A stretch of 64,000 nucleotides of DNA from an uncultured Gemmatimonadaceae bacterium (GTDB lineage Bacteria; Gemmatimonadota; Gemmatimonadetes; Longimicrobiales; RSA9). Made by a program: the position numbers and the translations under genes. The notes beneath the pieces are model-generated. The model was not told the origin of the DNA, did not search any database, and saw only the letters and a list, made by a program, of their open reading frames with translations. The stretch covers positions 4,101-68,100 of the forward strand of contig CAYPGK010000001.1 in assembly GCA_964410055.1 (NCBI GenBank). Reading direction: 5' to 3'. Numbering within the stretch: the first letter of the stretch is position 1; every line of letters starts with the position of its first letter. Positions 1-10,200 of this stretch are shown one piece after another.

Positions 1-50
1 CTCCGGTTCAGGAGCGCGGCCCTGCTTCGTTCATGGACCGTCCGGGCCGC

Positions 51-1634
51 TCAGCGGCCGGGTTCGCGTAGCCGGCGGCGCGGGCGCTCGCCCATGGGAG
101 GGCGTCGGTCATAGTCGACGCGCACGCTGCGCCCCTTGAGCGTGGTTCCGTTGACCGCCCGGATCACACGGTCGGCGACGGCGCTGTCGACCTCGACGAT
201 CGACAGGTTGTCCCGGATGTCGATCTTGCCGACCTTCTCACCCGAAATGTTCGCCTCGCCCGTGATCGCGCCGACGAGGTCGCCGGGTCGAACGCCGTCG
301 CGGGCGCCGACGCCGAAGAAGAGGCGGACGTAGGCGGGCGGCGCGGGCACGGCCGCCCGGGCGCGCGGTGCCTCGGGCGCCTCGACCGCTTCGGGGAGCG
401 CCTCGGCCGGGGCCGGCGGGCGACGCCGCAGGAGCGCGCTGGCCGCGGCGGCGACCTCGGCGGGCGCATACCGCTCGAATAGCGGCTGGAGCACGAGGAG
501 CTGGGCGGCGATGTCCTCTTCGTACAGGGCGCGCTCGAGCATGGCACGGAAGCTCTCGAGCTCGGCGGCGGCCGGAGCACCGACCGGCAGGCGCCGGGCA
601 CGTGGCTCGAAGTTCGCACGCGCTGCGATCTGGCGCAGGTGCGGCCGCTCCCGCGGCTCGATCAGGACGAGCCCGCCTCCGCCGTGGCGGAGGGAAAGAT
701 CATCGGCATCGAAGGGAACGTCGTAGCTGAGGACGAACGCGCCTTCGGGCGCGGCCTCGTCGGGCGCGAGGACGACGATGCGGACGTCGTCGCCGGTGCC
801 GCGTGCGGCGCGGAAGCCGCGCAGGATGAGCTCGTCGGCGAGCATCTGGGCGCGCGCGCCGGTGCGGCAGTAAACGGCGACCTCGCCTGGCGCTTCGCGG
901 CCGGCCAGGAAGCCGGCCAGCGCCGCGGTCTTGTCCCCGCCGACGACGATGGCGTAGTCGAGCGGCCGCGTCTCGACGGGCGGCGTCGGCTCCTCTTCGA
1001 CCTCGGTCGGGATCGGCGGGATCTGGAGCGCGCGGCGGACGTGGCGCTCGACGTAGTCGTCTACGGCGTCGGTGCGCTCCGAAGTGGCGACGACGCGCTG
1101 CGCCTCGCGCGGCGTCGAGTTGGTGAGCGCTTCGACGGCCTCGTGGGCGTCCAGTGCGAAGATCGCGGCGAGGTCGTCGATGACGAGGGCTGCGACGCCG
1201 CCGAGCTTGAGCGCCGAGGCGTGCACGGCGTCGAGTGCGGCCGCGGGCGTCGCGACGACGACGGCGGCGTCACGGACGGGCGTGGCCCATCCGGGCGCGA
1301 GCGCGGCGACGGCGAGCGGCGTGCCGCGCGCGTAGCGGGCGAGAGAGGCCGCGGTCCGCACCGCGACCTCCGGGGTGGGGACCAGCACCAGGGCGCGCAG
1401 CGCGCCCGCCTCCTCCTCCACCATCGGCTCCTCGCCGAGGAGTCGATCGACCAGTGCGAGCCCGTAGGCGCCGACCACGCCGGCGCCGGCGGACGCGTTC
1501 AGCACGACGTTGCCGCCGCGGCGCAGCACCGGCACCGCGGCACGCTGGAGCGGCGTCGGCGCATCGTAACCGAGCAACTCCACCCCCTCGACCAACTCGG
1601 GCCTGAGCCCGAGATCCCCGAATCCGTCTGGCAT
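51..1634 (-). CDS. DEAD-box RNA helicase homologue with DbpA/DeaD-type C-terminal RNA-binding domain; ATPase motifs degenerate
   Basis: ORF 51..1694, start moved to [10 protein letters not shown] (ATG 1634). [10 protein letters not shown]-motif region and C-terminal [15 protein letters not shown]...GKIDI domain are present. Motif I reads ASAGAGVV (no GKT), motif II IDDL (not DEAD), motif VI LRHGGGG. Confidence 0.8.
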   Translation of the reverse strand: MPDGFGDLGLRPELVEGVELLGYDAPTPLQRAAVPVLRRGGNVVLNASAGAGVVGAYGLALVDRLLGEEPMVEEEAGALRALVLVPTPEVAVRTAASLARYARGTPLAVAALAPGWATPVRDAAVVVATPAAALDAVHASALKLGGVAALVIDDLAAIFALDAHEAVEALTNSTPREAQRVVATSERTDAVDDYVERHVRRALQIPPIPTEVEEEPTPPVETRPLDYAIVVGGDKTAALAGFLAGREAPGEVAVYCRTGARAQMLADELILRGFRAARGTGDDVRIVVLAPDEAAPEGAFVLSYDVPFDADDLSLRHGGGGLVLIEPRERPHLRQIAARANFEPRARRLPVGAPAAAELESFRAMLERALYEEDIAAQLLVLQPLFERYAPAEVAAAASALLRRRPPAPAEALPEAVEAPEAPRARAAVPAPPAYVRLFFGVGARDGVRPGDLVGAITGEANISGEKVGKIDIRDNLSIVEVDSAVADRVIRAVNGTTLKGRSVRVDYDRRPPMGERPRRRLREPGR

Positions 1635-1750
1635 TCCCACCCTCTTCACTCGTGTTGTCAAAGGATACGGCGGCGGCAATATACGGCCTTGCAAGTGTTC
1701 TGCCCAGGCGCATACCTTCGGCGCTCTCCTTCGGACCCGAGCGGAGGACC

Positions 1751-3166
1751 ATGGTAAACGTACACGTGTGGCTCGGCGCTGCGAGCGACTTCCTCTGGGG
1801 CTGGCCGATGATCGTGCTGCTGCTCGGCACGGGCGTCTACCTGACGCTGCTGCTCCGGGGGCTCCAGTTCCGGTGGCTCAAGCATGCGCTGTGGCTGGCG
1901 CTGGTCAAGCGCCGGGAGGAGGGCGCAGAGGGCGACATCTCTCACTTTCAGGCGCTCATGACCGCGCTCGCCGCGACGGTCGGCGTAGGCAACATCGCCG
2001 GCGTGGCGACGGCGATCGCGGCCGGTGGACCGGGCGCGCTCTTCTGGATGTGGATCACCGGCCTCTTCGGGATGGCGACCAAGTACGCCGAGGCGGTGCT
2101 CGGCGTGCGCTACCGCGAGGTCGACGCGCGCGGCGACATGGCCGGCGGCCCGATGTACTACCTCTCGCGCGGGGTGGGTGGCGGCTTCGGCAAGCTGCTC
2201 GGCGGCGCCTTCGCGCTCTTCGCCGCGATCGCGGCATTCGGCATCGGGAACATGGTCCAGTCCAACTCGGTGGCCGATGCGCTCCGCTCATCATTTGGAG
2301 TTCCGCCGATGTGGACGGGCATCACCATCGCCGTACTGGCCGGGCTCGTCATCCTGGGCGGGATCCGCAGCATCGGGCGAGTGACCGGCTTCTTCGTCCC
2401 GTTCATGATCGCCTTCTACCTGCTCGGCGGGCTCATCGTGCTTGCGCTGAACTGGCGCGGAATCCCGGACATGGTGGTGCTGGTCTTCAGCGAGGCGTTC
2501 CGCCCGACCGCCGCCGTGGGCGGATTCCTCGGCGCGACGGTCCGGGACGCGATGCGCTGGGGCTTCGCGCGCGGGATCTTCTCCAACGAGTCCGGCCTCG
2601 GCACCGGCGCGATCGCGGCCGCCGCCGCGCAGACCCGCTCGCCCGTGACCCAGGCAATGGTGTCGATGACGCAGACCTTCATCGACACGATCGTCGTCTG
2701 CTCGATCACCGGCTTCACGATCATCGCGACGGGCGCGTGGACGCGCGTCGACCCGCTGACCGGGGCAGGGTTGACCGGCGCGCCGCTCACTGCGGCCGCT
2801 TTCCAGACCGGGCTCCCCGGCGAGTGGGGCGGCGCCATCGTTTCGCTCGGCCTTGCCTTCTTCGCCTTCTCCACGCTCCTCGGCTGGGCCTACTACGGCG
2901 AGCGTTCGATCGAATTCCTGATCGGCGCCCGCGCCATCGCGCCCTACCGTCTCCTCTTCGTGGTCGCCGCCTTCTTCGGGGCCGCTTCCCTCGACCTTGG
3001 CCAGACCCAGGCCATCGGCTTCCAGCTCGTCTGGGATTTCAGCGATGTCATGAACGGCGCGATGGCGATCCCAAACCTGATCGGACTGCTGCTCCTATCA
3101 GGCGTCGTCGCGCGGGAGACACGGACCTTCCTCGCGAGGCGCGAGGAGGCCGGGTCGGAGGAGTGA
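1751..3166 (+). CDS. alanine/glycine:cation symporter (AGCS family)
   Basis: ATG 1751 (MVNVHV). Signature [34 protein letters not shown]; polytopic membrane protein of about 470 aa. Confidence 0.9.
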   Translation: MVNVHVWLGAASDFLWGWPMIVLLLGTGVYLTLLLRGLQFRWLKHALWLALVKRREEGAEGDISHFQALMTALAATVGVGNIAGVATAIAAGGPGALFWMWITGLFGMATKYAEAVLGVRYREVDARGDMAGGPMYYLSRGVGGGFGKLLGGAFALFAAIAAFGIGNMVQSNSVADALRSSFGVPPMWTGITIAVLAGLVILGGIRSIGRVTGFFVPFMIAFYLLGGLIVLALNWRGIPDMVVLVFSEAFRPTAAVGGFLGATVRDAMRWGFARGIFSNESGLGTGAIAAAAAQTRSPVTQAMVSMTQTFIDTIVVCSITGFTIIATGAWTRVDPLTGAGLTGAPLTAAAFQTGLPGEWGGAIVSLGLAFFAFSTLLGWAYYGERSIEFLIGARAIAPYRLLFVVAAFFGAASLDLGQTQAIGFQLVWDFSDVMNGAMAIPNLIGLLLLSGVVARETRTFLARREEAGSEE

Positions 3167-3211
3167 CCGGGGTGGAGGAGGCGCCGTGGCTCCGGCCGCG
3201 GCGCCGCCCCA

Positions 3212-3496
3212 CTACCCGCGAGCGGGGTCCCCAGGCTGGTACGGGAGCTTGTTCAGGAAGTGCTGCGTCTCGATGTCGAGGCGCGAGGTCCGGAGCTGGT
3301 CGGTCCTGGCGTGGACGACGGTGTCCGGCCCGTGGCGGTGCGCCTCGATCGTGACGGTGCCGTCGCCGCCCCGCAGGGTGATCGAGTAGCGGTCTTCGCT
3401 CACCTTCTCGATGGGGAGGCGAGCCGTGAGCACTTCTTCGGCGGTCCGCAGCACCTCGCGGATCGTCGCCGCGGTGATCCGTTCGTAGTCGGCCAT
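3212..3496 (-). CDS. hypothetical protein (94 aa)
   Basis: ORF 3212..3565 trimmed to MADYERI. Balanced amino-acid composition unlike the off-frame Arg/Pro-rich ORFs. No recognisable motif. Confidence 0.5.
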   Translation of the reverse strand: MADYERITAATIREVLRTAEEVLTARLPIEKVSEDRYSITLRGGDGTVTIEAHRHGPDTVVHARTDQLRTSRLDIETQHFLNKLPYQPGDPARG

Positions 3497-3573
3497 GGTC
3501 CTCGCGTACGGCAAGGGTTCGAATGCAACGGCCGACAATCTGAATGGCGTTCGCCGCCGGGGCAAGGCGCGGC

Positions 3574-4470
3574 TCAGCCGGAGAGCACGCGGTCCGCGTA
3601 GCCGTTGTCCGGGTCGCCGCCCCGGGCGAGGATGCGGTCGACGGTGCCCGGCCCGCGGTTGTAGGCCAGGAGCGCGAGGCGCAGGTTGCCGTCGTACTTG
3701 TCGATCAGGTCGCGGAGATAGCGGAATCCGAGTTCGAGGTTGAGGGCGCGGTCGAAGAGATCCTCCGCGGTCGTGCCGGGGCGGAGCCAGGCCGCGGTCC
3801 GGGGCATCACCTGGGTCAGGCCCCGGGCGCCGACGTGGCTCACGGCGCGCTGGTCGAACGTGCTCTCGGTGTTGACGAGCCCGAATGCGACGTCGGGGTC
3901 GATGTCGTTGCGGACTGCGGCGTCGTAGATGTCTTCGGCCAGGTCACGCGAGATGCCGTAGCGGATGATTGCGCCTTCGATGGTGTCCTCGCGGATCTGC
4001 TCGGCCTCGCTGCGCGCCCATTCGCGGCTGACCGCCTCCTCGATGCGACCGGGCCGGGCGGCGGCGGCCATGCGTGCCTCGCGCTCGGTCGGCTCCGGCG
4101 GCGCACCGACCGGCGCCTTTGCGGCCTCGGCGATCGGCGCGGCGGCGCCGGCCATGGTCAGGCCGATGATCGGCTCGCGGTAGCGGCGCAGCACTTCGCG
4201 CGCGCGGCCGCGCCAGCCGCGCTCCTCATCGCGTTCCTTCAGCCGCTCCCAGCGTTCACGCCACTCCCTGCGGCGCTCGCCTCGTCTGCGTTCGCCCTGC
4301 CGGCGCTCGGGCGGCGGCCCATCGTAGGCGGTGTACGGGTACCGAGGCCGCGGGGGACGGTGTGGCCGATGACGTCGCCTGTACTCCGGGTCGTACTCGC
4401 CGTAGAAGTCGTGGGGCAGGAAGTATCGGCGAGGCCGCTCGCCTCGCCGGTCGCGGAATCGACCGTCCAT
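3574..4470 (-). CDS. lytic transglycosylase (SLT domain) with Arg/Glu-rich N-terminal region
   Basis: C-terminal GLVNTESTFDQRAVSHVGARGLTQVMP...LLAYNRGPG is an SLT signature. Start set at MDGRF (ATG 4470) because the longer ORF overlaps the upstream gene. Confidence 0.8.
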   Translation of the reverse strand: MDGRFRDRRGERPRRYFLPHDFYGEYDPEYRRRHRPHRPPRPRYPYTAYDGPPPERRQGERRRGERRREWRERWERLKERDEERGWRGRAREVLRRYREPIIGLTMAGAAAPIAEAAKAPVGAPPEPTEREARMAAAARPGRIEEAVSREWARSEAEQIREDTIEGAIIRYGISRDLAEDIYDAAVRNDIDPDVAFGLVNTESTFDQRAVSHVGARGLTQVMPRTAAWLRPGTTAEDLFDRALNLELGFRYLRDLIDKYDGNLRLALLAYNRGPGTVDRILARGGDPDNGYADRVLSG

Positions 4471-4598
4471 GCGCCCTCCCCGGGCCCGTCGTTCGCACGC
4501 GCCGTGGCCGGCCGCCCGGCCGCGGCAGGCCGCAGGCCAGAGGGTGCAGCATCCGTGCCCTCGATCGGCCTTGGGCGTTGCCGCACAACGCGATCCGG

Positions 4599-4646
4599 GA
4601 GTCAGTGCAGCCGACAGTCGATGAGTCAGTCCAGCCGGCAGTCGAC
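4599..4646. repeat. 24-bp tandem duplication spanning the stop codon of the 4626..5666 gene
   Basis: GAGTCAGTGCAGCCGACAGTCGAT (4599-4622) and GAGTCAGTCCAGCCGGCAGTCGAC (4623-4646), 21/24 identical. Confidence 0.8.
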
Positions 4647-5666
4647 GCGCGCGATCGTGCCCGGCACGCCGTTCGGCCCGGCCTCGCTGGTCAGGAAGAG
4701 CGAACCGTCCGGCGCGAATGCGACGGCCTCGCCCTGCGGCTCGGCCAGCGTCTGGAGGTCGATCCCATCGCCGGGGAGGACGGGCCGCAGACGGCCGCGC
4801 CAGGCGATGCGGTAGAGCTGGACGGCCGTGTACGTCCGCACGGCGACCCAGCGGCCGTCGCGCGATGCGTCGGCGCCGGTGATCTGGTACGGAAGCGCCA
4901 CCGTCGCAGGGGCGAGACGCCCGACCTCGCGCAGCTCGACGACCTCGTCCGTGCGCGGCGGGCCGGGGTAGCGGTATATCGTGGGCGGCGCGTGGCGGCC
5001 CTTGCTGATCAGGTGGATGGCGCCATCGGGGAGGATGTAGATCGCCTCGGTGTCGACGCCTCCATCGGGGTAGCTCATCGCGAGGCGCACCGCGGGTGCG
5101 GTTGCCGAGTCGTCGGGCGCCGGCTCGGGGACGCGGTAGACCGCGATCTCCTCGCGCACGCCCTGGTTGTCGCCCGTGTCGGCGATGTAGAGGCAGTCGC
5201 CGCTGCCGTTGCCGCACGGGGCGACGGAGATGTCCTCCCAGTCGTGGTTCTCCGCGCCGGTGACGCGGACGCGCCCGAGGAGCCGGCCTGCCGAGTCGAT
5301 CGCGAAGACGAACGCTCCGTCGCCCGAGTCGTTGTGCGTCCAGAAGACACCGGGGTGGCGCCGGCTGGCGGCTACGCCGCTCGATTCATCGACGGCGTCC
5401 GGGAGCGTGCCGGTGCGGCGCGGCGCATCGCAGATCGAGGATTCGGTCGCCGGGGCGGTGCAGGCCAGGAGCAGCAGTGCGGCGGTGCACCGGGCGAGGT
5501 TGGCGGCCCGGGGCGGCGCGTGGCGATCGACGCCGCCGGCCCAGCCGGCCCAGCCGTGGAGCCGGCGCCGGATGACGCCTGCACTCCGCCCACCCCATCC
5601 ACCCCTGGCCGGGCCACGATCGGGCCCGACCGGCCCTCCTCCCCCGTTGCGCGCAGTGCTTCCCAT
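4626..5666 (-). CDS. putative lipoprotein, beta-propeller-like
   Basis: Lipobox-like LLLLAC after a hydrophobic stretch. Repeated HNDSGD / ADTGDN type motifs. The true start is uncertain (the N-terminal 50 aa are Gly/Arg rich). Confidence 0.6.
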   Translation of the reverse strand: MGSTARNGGGGPVGPDRGPARGGWGGRSAGVIRRRLHGWAGWAGGVDRHAPPRAANLARCTAALLLLACTAPATESSICDAPRRTGTLPDAVDESSGVAASRRHPGVFWTHNDSGDGAFVFAIDSAGRLLGRVRVTGAENHDWEDISVAPCGNGSGDCLYIADTGDNQGVREEIAVYRVPEPAPDDSATAPAVRLAMSYPDGGVDTEAIYILPDGAIHLISKGRHAPPTIYRYPGPPRTDEVVELREVGRLAPATVALPYQITGADASRDGRWVAVRTYTAVQLYRIAWRGRLRPVLPGDGIDLQTLAEPQGEAVAFAPDGSLFLTSEAGPNGVPGTIARVDCRLD

Positions 5667-5810
5667 CGTCGTAAGGATGCCCGGTGCGCGGGAGCGGCGT
5701 CAAGCGGACGCACGCAGCTGAGTTGCCGAGCAATTCGCTCCCGCCCCGACCTTGACCGGCATGGGGCTTCCGGCTAGGGTCCGACGCAAGACTCGATTCT
5801 TCCAACGAAC

Positions 5811-6317
5811 GTGAATACGAAGACCATGCAAGCAGAACCGGTCCGCGTCCTCTTCGTCTGCCTGGGCAACATTTGCCGCTCCCCGATGGCGGAGGCGGTC
5901 TTCCGCTCCCTGGTCCGCGACGAAGGCCTCGAGCATCGATTCGAGATCGATTCGGCAGGCACCTCCGACTACCACGAGGGCGAGCCGCCGGACGCGCGGG
6001 CGCGGGAAGTGGCGAGCGCGCGCGGGATCACCCTGACCGGCCGCTCGCGGCCGATCCGTGAGGGGGACCTGCACCGCTTCGACTACGTCCTCGTCATGGA
6101 CGGTGAGAACCTTCGCGACGTCGGCCGGCTCGCGGAGCGGGCGGGGCACGCGGACAAGGTCCGTCGGCTGCGGGAGTTCGACCCCGAGGCGGGCGGCGAG
6201 CTCGACGTGCCGGACCCGTACTACGGCGGCCGCGAAGGGTTCGAGCGCGTGCAGGAGATGCTCGAGCGCGCGTGCGGCGGCCTGCTCGAGCACATCCGCA
6301 CCGACCGCGCGTGGTGA
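5811..6317 (+). CDS. low-molecular-weight protein-tyrosine phosphatase family
   Basis: N-terminal P-loop VLFVCLGNICRSPMAE (CX5R-S) and a DPYYG motif near the C-terminus. Confidence 0.9.
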   Translation: MNTKTMQAEPVRVLFVCLGNICRSPMAEAVFRSLVRDEGLEHRFEIDSAGTSDYHEGEPPDARAREVASARGITLTGRSRPIREGDLHRFDYVLVMDGENLRDVGRLAERAGHADKVRRLREFDPEAGGELDVPDPYYGGREGFERVQEMLERACGGLLEHIRTDRAW

Positions 6318-7252
6318 GGCGCGAGCTCCCGACGGACCTGGCCGCCGGCGTCCAGGCGGCGCTGGACGCGCGGGCGGGGAGGCACTCGCCGCTCAGCCAC
6401 GTCTCGCCCGTCGGCGGCGGGTGCATCCACAACGCGTACCGGCTCGAGACGGAGGCAGGCGACGTCGCCTTCCTGAAGTGGAGCCCACGCGGGGCCGTGC
6501 CGCCCGGCGTGTTCCGCGCCGAGGTCGAGGGGCTGCGGGCGCTCGCCGCGACGGGCGCGCTGCGAGTTCCGGCGGTGATCGATGTCTTCGATCCCGCGGA
6601 CGCGTCCGACGCGGAGGGGCATCCGACGGCCTGGCTCCTCCTCGAGTGGCTGGAGCCCGGGCGCGCGGGCGCGGAAACGTGGGAGCGGCTGGGCCGCGGG
6701 CTCGCGGCGCTGCACCGGGCCCGCGCCGAGAGTTGGGGCGCGGAGCTCGGCAACTTCATCGGTCCGCTCCCGCAGCCCAACGGCTGGTTCGACGACTGGG
6801 CGACGTTCTGGCGCGAGCGGCGTCTAGCGCCTCAGCTCCGCCTCGCGTACGACGCGGGCCATTTCGGACCGTCCGAGCGCCGTCGCTTCGACCTGCTCCT
6901 CGACACGCTCGACGATGTGCTGGCCGGCGCGGACGCCGATGGTGCATCACTGCTCCACGGCGACCTCTGGAGCGGGAACGTGCACGTCGTGGTCGGCGGC
7001 GAGCCGACGCTGCTGGACCCCGCCGCCTACCACGGCCACCGCGAGGTCGACCTGGCCATGGCCGAGCTGTTCGGCGGATTCGAGCCTGCGTTCTTCGCCG
7101 CGTACGCCGAGGCGTGGCCGCTCGAGCCCGGCTACCGTCCACGGCGTCGTGCGGCGTACCAGCTCTACTACCTTCTCGTCCACGTCAACCTCTTCGGCGC
7201 CGGGTACGTGGGCGGCGCGTTGCGCGCACTCGAAGAGGCGCTGGGCGGATAG
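6311..7252 (+). CDS. fructosamine/ketosamine-3-kinase family protein
   Basis: LLHGDLWSGNV catalytic-loop motif and kinase-like fold length. GTG start at 6311/6314 overlaps the stop of the upstream phosphatase gene. Confidence 0.85.
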   Translation: MVRRELPTDLAAGVQAALDARAGRHSPLSHVSPVGGGCIHNAYRLETEAGDVAFLKWSPRGAVPPGVFRAEVEGLRALAATGALRVPAVIDVFDPADASDAEGHPTAWLLLEWLEPGRAGAETWERLGRGLAALHRARAESWGAELGNFIGPLPQPNGWFDDWATFWRERRLAPQLRLAYDAGHFGPSERRRFDLLLDTLDDVLAGADADGASLLHGDLWSGNVHVVVGGEPTLLDPAAYHGHREVDLAMAELFGGFEPAFFAAYAEAWPLEPGYRPRRRAAYQLYYLLVHVNLFGAGYVGGALRALEEALGG

Positions 7253-7288
7253 CAGGCGTCGCCGGCCGGCGGCCGCCTCGGCGCTCCG

Positions 7289-10200
7289 TTACGCCGCCTG
7301 TCGGCCGTTTTCCGTTCGGGGCTGCTGCTCCCCGGCCGGCAGCGACGGCAGCCGCACGGTGAAGGTCGAGCCCGCGCCCTGCTGGGTCTCCACCGAGATC
7401 GTACCGCCGAGCATGCGCGCGAGGCGGTAGGCGACGGCGAGTCCGAGGCCGGTCCCACCCTTCTCGCGCGTGAGCGCTTCCTCGGCTTGCATGAACGGCT
7501 CGAAGATCCGCGGCAGTTGATCGGGCGCGATCCCGATCCCCGTGTCGCGCACCTCGAAGACTGCATCGCCCTCCTTCTCCCACACCCGCAGGTCGACGCC
7601 GCCCTGCTCCGTGAACTTGACGGCGTTCGAGAGGAGGTTGACCAGGATCTGCCTCACCTTGTTCGCGTCGGTCCGGATCGTGATGGGCGAGTCGGGGAGC
7701 TCGACGTCGAAGGCGAGCCCCTTTCCCTCGGCGATCGGGCGGATCACATCCGCCGCAGTCGTTGCGATGTCGCGCGCGTCGGTCATCGTGGGCGAGATCA
7801 CCTCCCACCCCGTCTCCGTGCGTGCGTACGTCAGGATCTCGTCGATCAGCGAGAGCTGGTGCTGGGCGCTGGCGACGATGCGATCGAGCTGGACGCGCTG
7901 CTTCTCGTTGACCGGCCCGGCGACCTCGGCCTGGAGCAGGTCGGCGAAGCCGATGATCGCGTTGAGCGGAGTCCGTAGTTCGTGGCTCATGACGGCGAGG
8001 AAGTCGGCCTTGGCGCGGTTGGCCGCCTGTGCCTCCTCGTAGAGGCGCGCGTTGTCGAGCGAGAGCGCGGCTCGGTAGGCGAACTCCCGGAGGTATTCGA
8101 CGTCGACGGGCTCGTACGGCGGCGTGCCGCGATCCCGGACCAGCTCGATCGCGCCGAGCGTGTGGCCGCGCGCAATGAGCGGGAGCGCGATCCCGGACCC
8201 GGGCTCCAGCTCCCGGAGCGCACGCAGGTACTCGTCGTTCGGCGAGATCTCGCGGAGTCGCTCATCGGTGAAGTCGCTCACGAGGACTGGCTCGCCGGAT
8301 TGCATCGCCTGGAGCACGGGGTGAGGCAGGTCGGGATCGAGGTCGATCTCGGCGAGGCGGCTGAGCGTCTTTCGGCGGTCCGGGTCGGCGTGAGCGGCGG
8401 CGATGGGTCGGCGCCCCGCGGCGACCGGTCCGTGGATCACCATCCAGTCGGCAAGGCGCGGCACGGCCAGACGGGCGAGGCTGTCGAGCGTCGCATCGAA
8501 GGAAAGGGAGCCGGCCAGTGCGCGGCTCGCGTCCGAGAGGAAGCGCTCGGACTCTTCCTCGGCGCGCAGCGCCGTGATGTCCTCGACGATCCCGACCAGG
8601 CGGTAGACGGTGCCGTCCTCGCGCGCGAGGGGGATCGTGTGCGCACGGACCCAACGGATCGAGCGGTCGGGCCGGATGACCCGGAACTCGGCGTGCGTCT
8701 CGTCGCCGCGGCAGCTGGCCTTCAAGCTCTCCGCTGCCTGGTCCCGGTCTTCGGGATCGACTGCTTCCAGCCACGACCACGGATCCCGGACGAGGTCCGT
8801 GACGGGGCGTGCCCAGATCGTTTCGTACGCGGGGCTGACGTACAGGACCTGCCGCGGCTCCACCTGCGCGACCCAGAAGATGCCGTGCAGTGTCTCGGCC
8901 ATCTGGCGCAGGATCTGTTCACTTTCCCGGATCTGCCGTGCGGCGCGGCGCGTCTCCGTCACGTCGGTGAAGGAAACGACGATCCCCGTCGGCGTGCCGT
9001 CCCCGCCGCGGAGCGGCGCCGCCGCGAGCGAGAGGACCAGCGGCGGACCCTGGTCCCCCTCGATCCGGACCTCCCTTTCGGGGGCCGGCTCGCCCGTGCG
9101 CATCACCTGGGCGACGGGACCGGTGACGACTTCACGCCCGTCCGGCGTCATGACGGTCCAGGTCGGTGCGCCGAGGCGTCGGCCGCGCAGCTCCTCTCGG
9201 CTGCGCCGCAGGATGTTCTGAGCCGCCGCGTTGGACTCGACGATCCGCCCCTTGCTGTCGAGGAGCAGCATGCCGGCGGGCGCGATCTCGAAGATCTGGC
9301 CCAGCTTTTCTCGACTTTCTTTCAGCGCCGCAGTCCGTATGCGGACTTCTCGGACCAGTGCCTCGTTCCAGCGACGGGCCAGGAGCACGCCGCTCACGGC
9401 CGTCGCGGTGACCAGTACCAGCGCGGTCCAGGCAAGGAGGCGCCAGCTTTCGGCGGCGGTGCGCATCGCTTCGAGCGTGGCGGCAGGCATCTGGCTCGCC
9501 AGCGCCGCCGCCGTGCGGTAGCGCGCCTGCTCCGTCATGACCAGGACGAACGAGGCGAGGATCGCGCCGCATACGATGATCGCCGTGACGATCCACCGCG
9601 CGGTGGTCACTCGCCGCTTCGGCAGCTTGAAGTATGCACGTTTCGTCCTCTCGACGCGCCGCGTGAACAGCGCGAGTGTGGGCGCGACGAGGGCAAGGGC
9701 CATGGCGAACGCGCCGAGCCACCATCCCTGCCAGATCGCGAAGGTCCGGTCCGCGTCCAGCCCATGCGACCAGCTCCAGATGAACGAGGCCGCCGAGCCG
9801 CACAGCGCCCCGACGAGCGATGCGGCCCCGAACCAGAAGTAGCTCTCGAAGGTGCGCAGGTCGATGCGGATCGGCGCGGCGCGATAGATGATCGCGTAGA
9901 CGTAGAGCGCGAGGGGATCGGCAAGGGCGAAGAGGACGGCCCACCCGGGCGCCATTCCGGCATCGAGGGAGAGGATCAGCGTGGCCAGGTATGCCGGCAC
10001 CGCGGCCCACGGCAGGCCGAGCCAGAAGAGGAGCAGGACCGAAAGCGACAGCGGCGGATAGACGGTGAAGAAGATGCGGGTACGTCCGAGGGTGAGCGGG
10101 AACGCGTTCCACCCCTCGCGGGCCTGGATCACGCCGATCACGATGATCACGAGGCACGCGACCGCCCACAGGCCGAGGAGCCAGCGATCGGGCCGGCTCG

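Noticed and set aside
1635-1750. Possible glycine riboswitch upstream of the alanine/glycine symporter.
   Set aside because: The 116-nt leader lacks the conserved GGAGA...CACCG/ACCGAAGGGGCAA-type elements and tandem-aptamer length that I would expect. I could only draw weak hairpins.
3505-3535. tRNA-like GGTTCGAAT T-loop strings, here and at 21395-21425.
   Set aside because: The flanking bases do not form a T-arm stem, and no acceptor or anticodon arms can be drawn. The first lies between two coding regions with no room for a tRNA, and the second is part of a terminator region.
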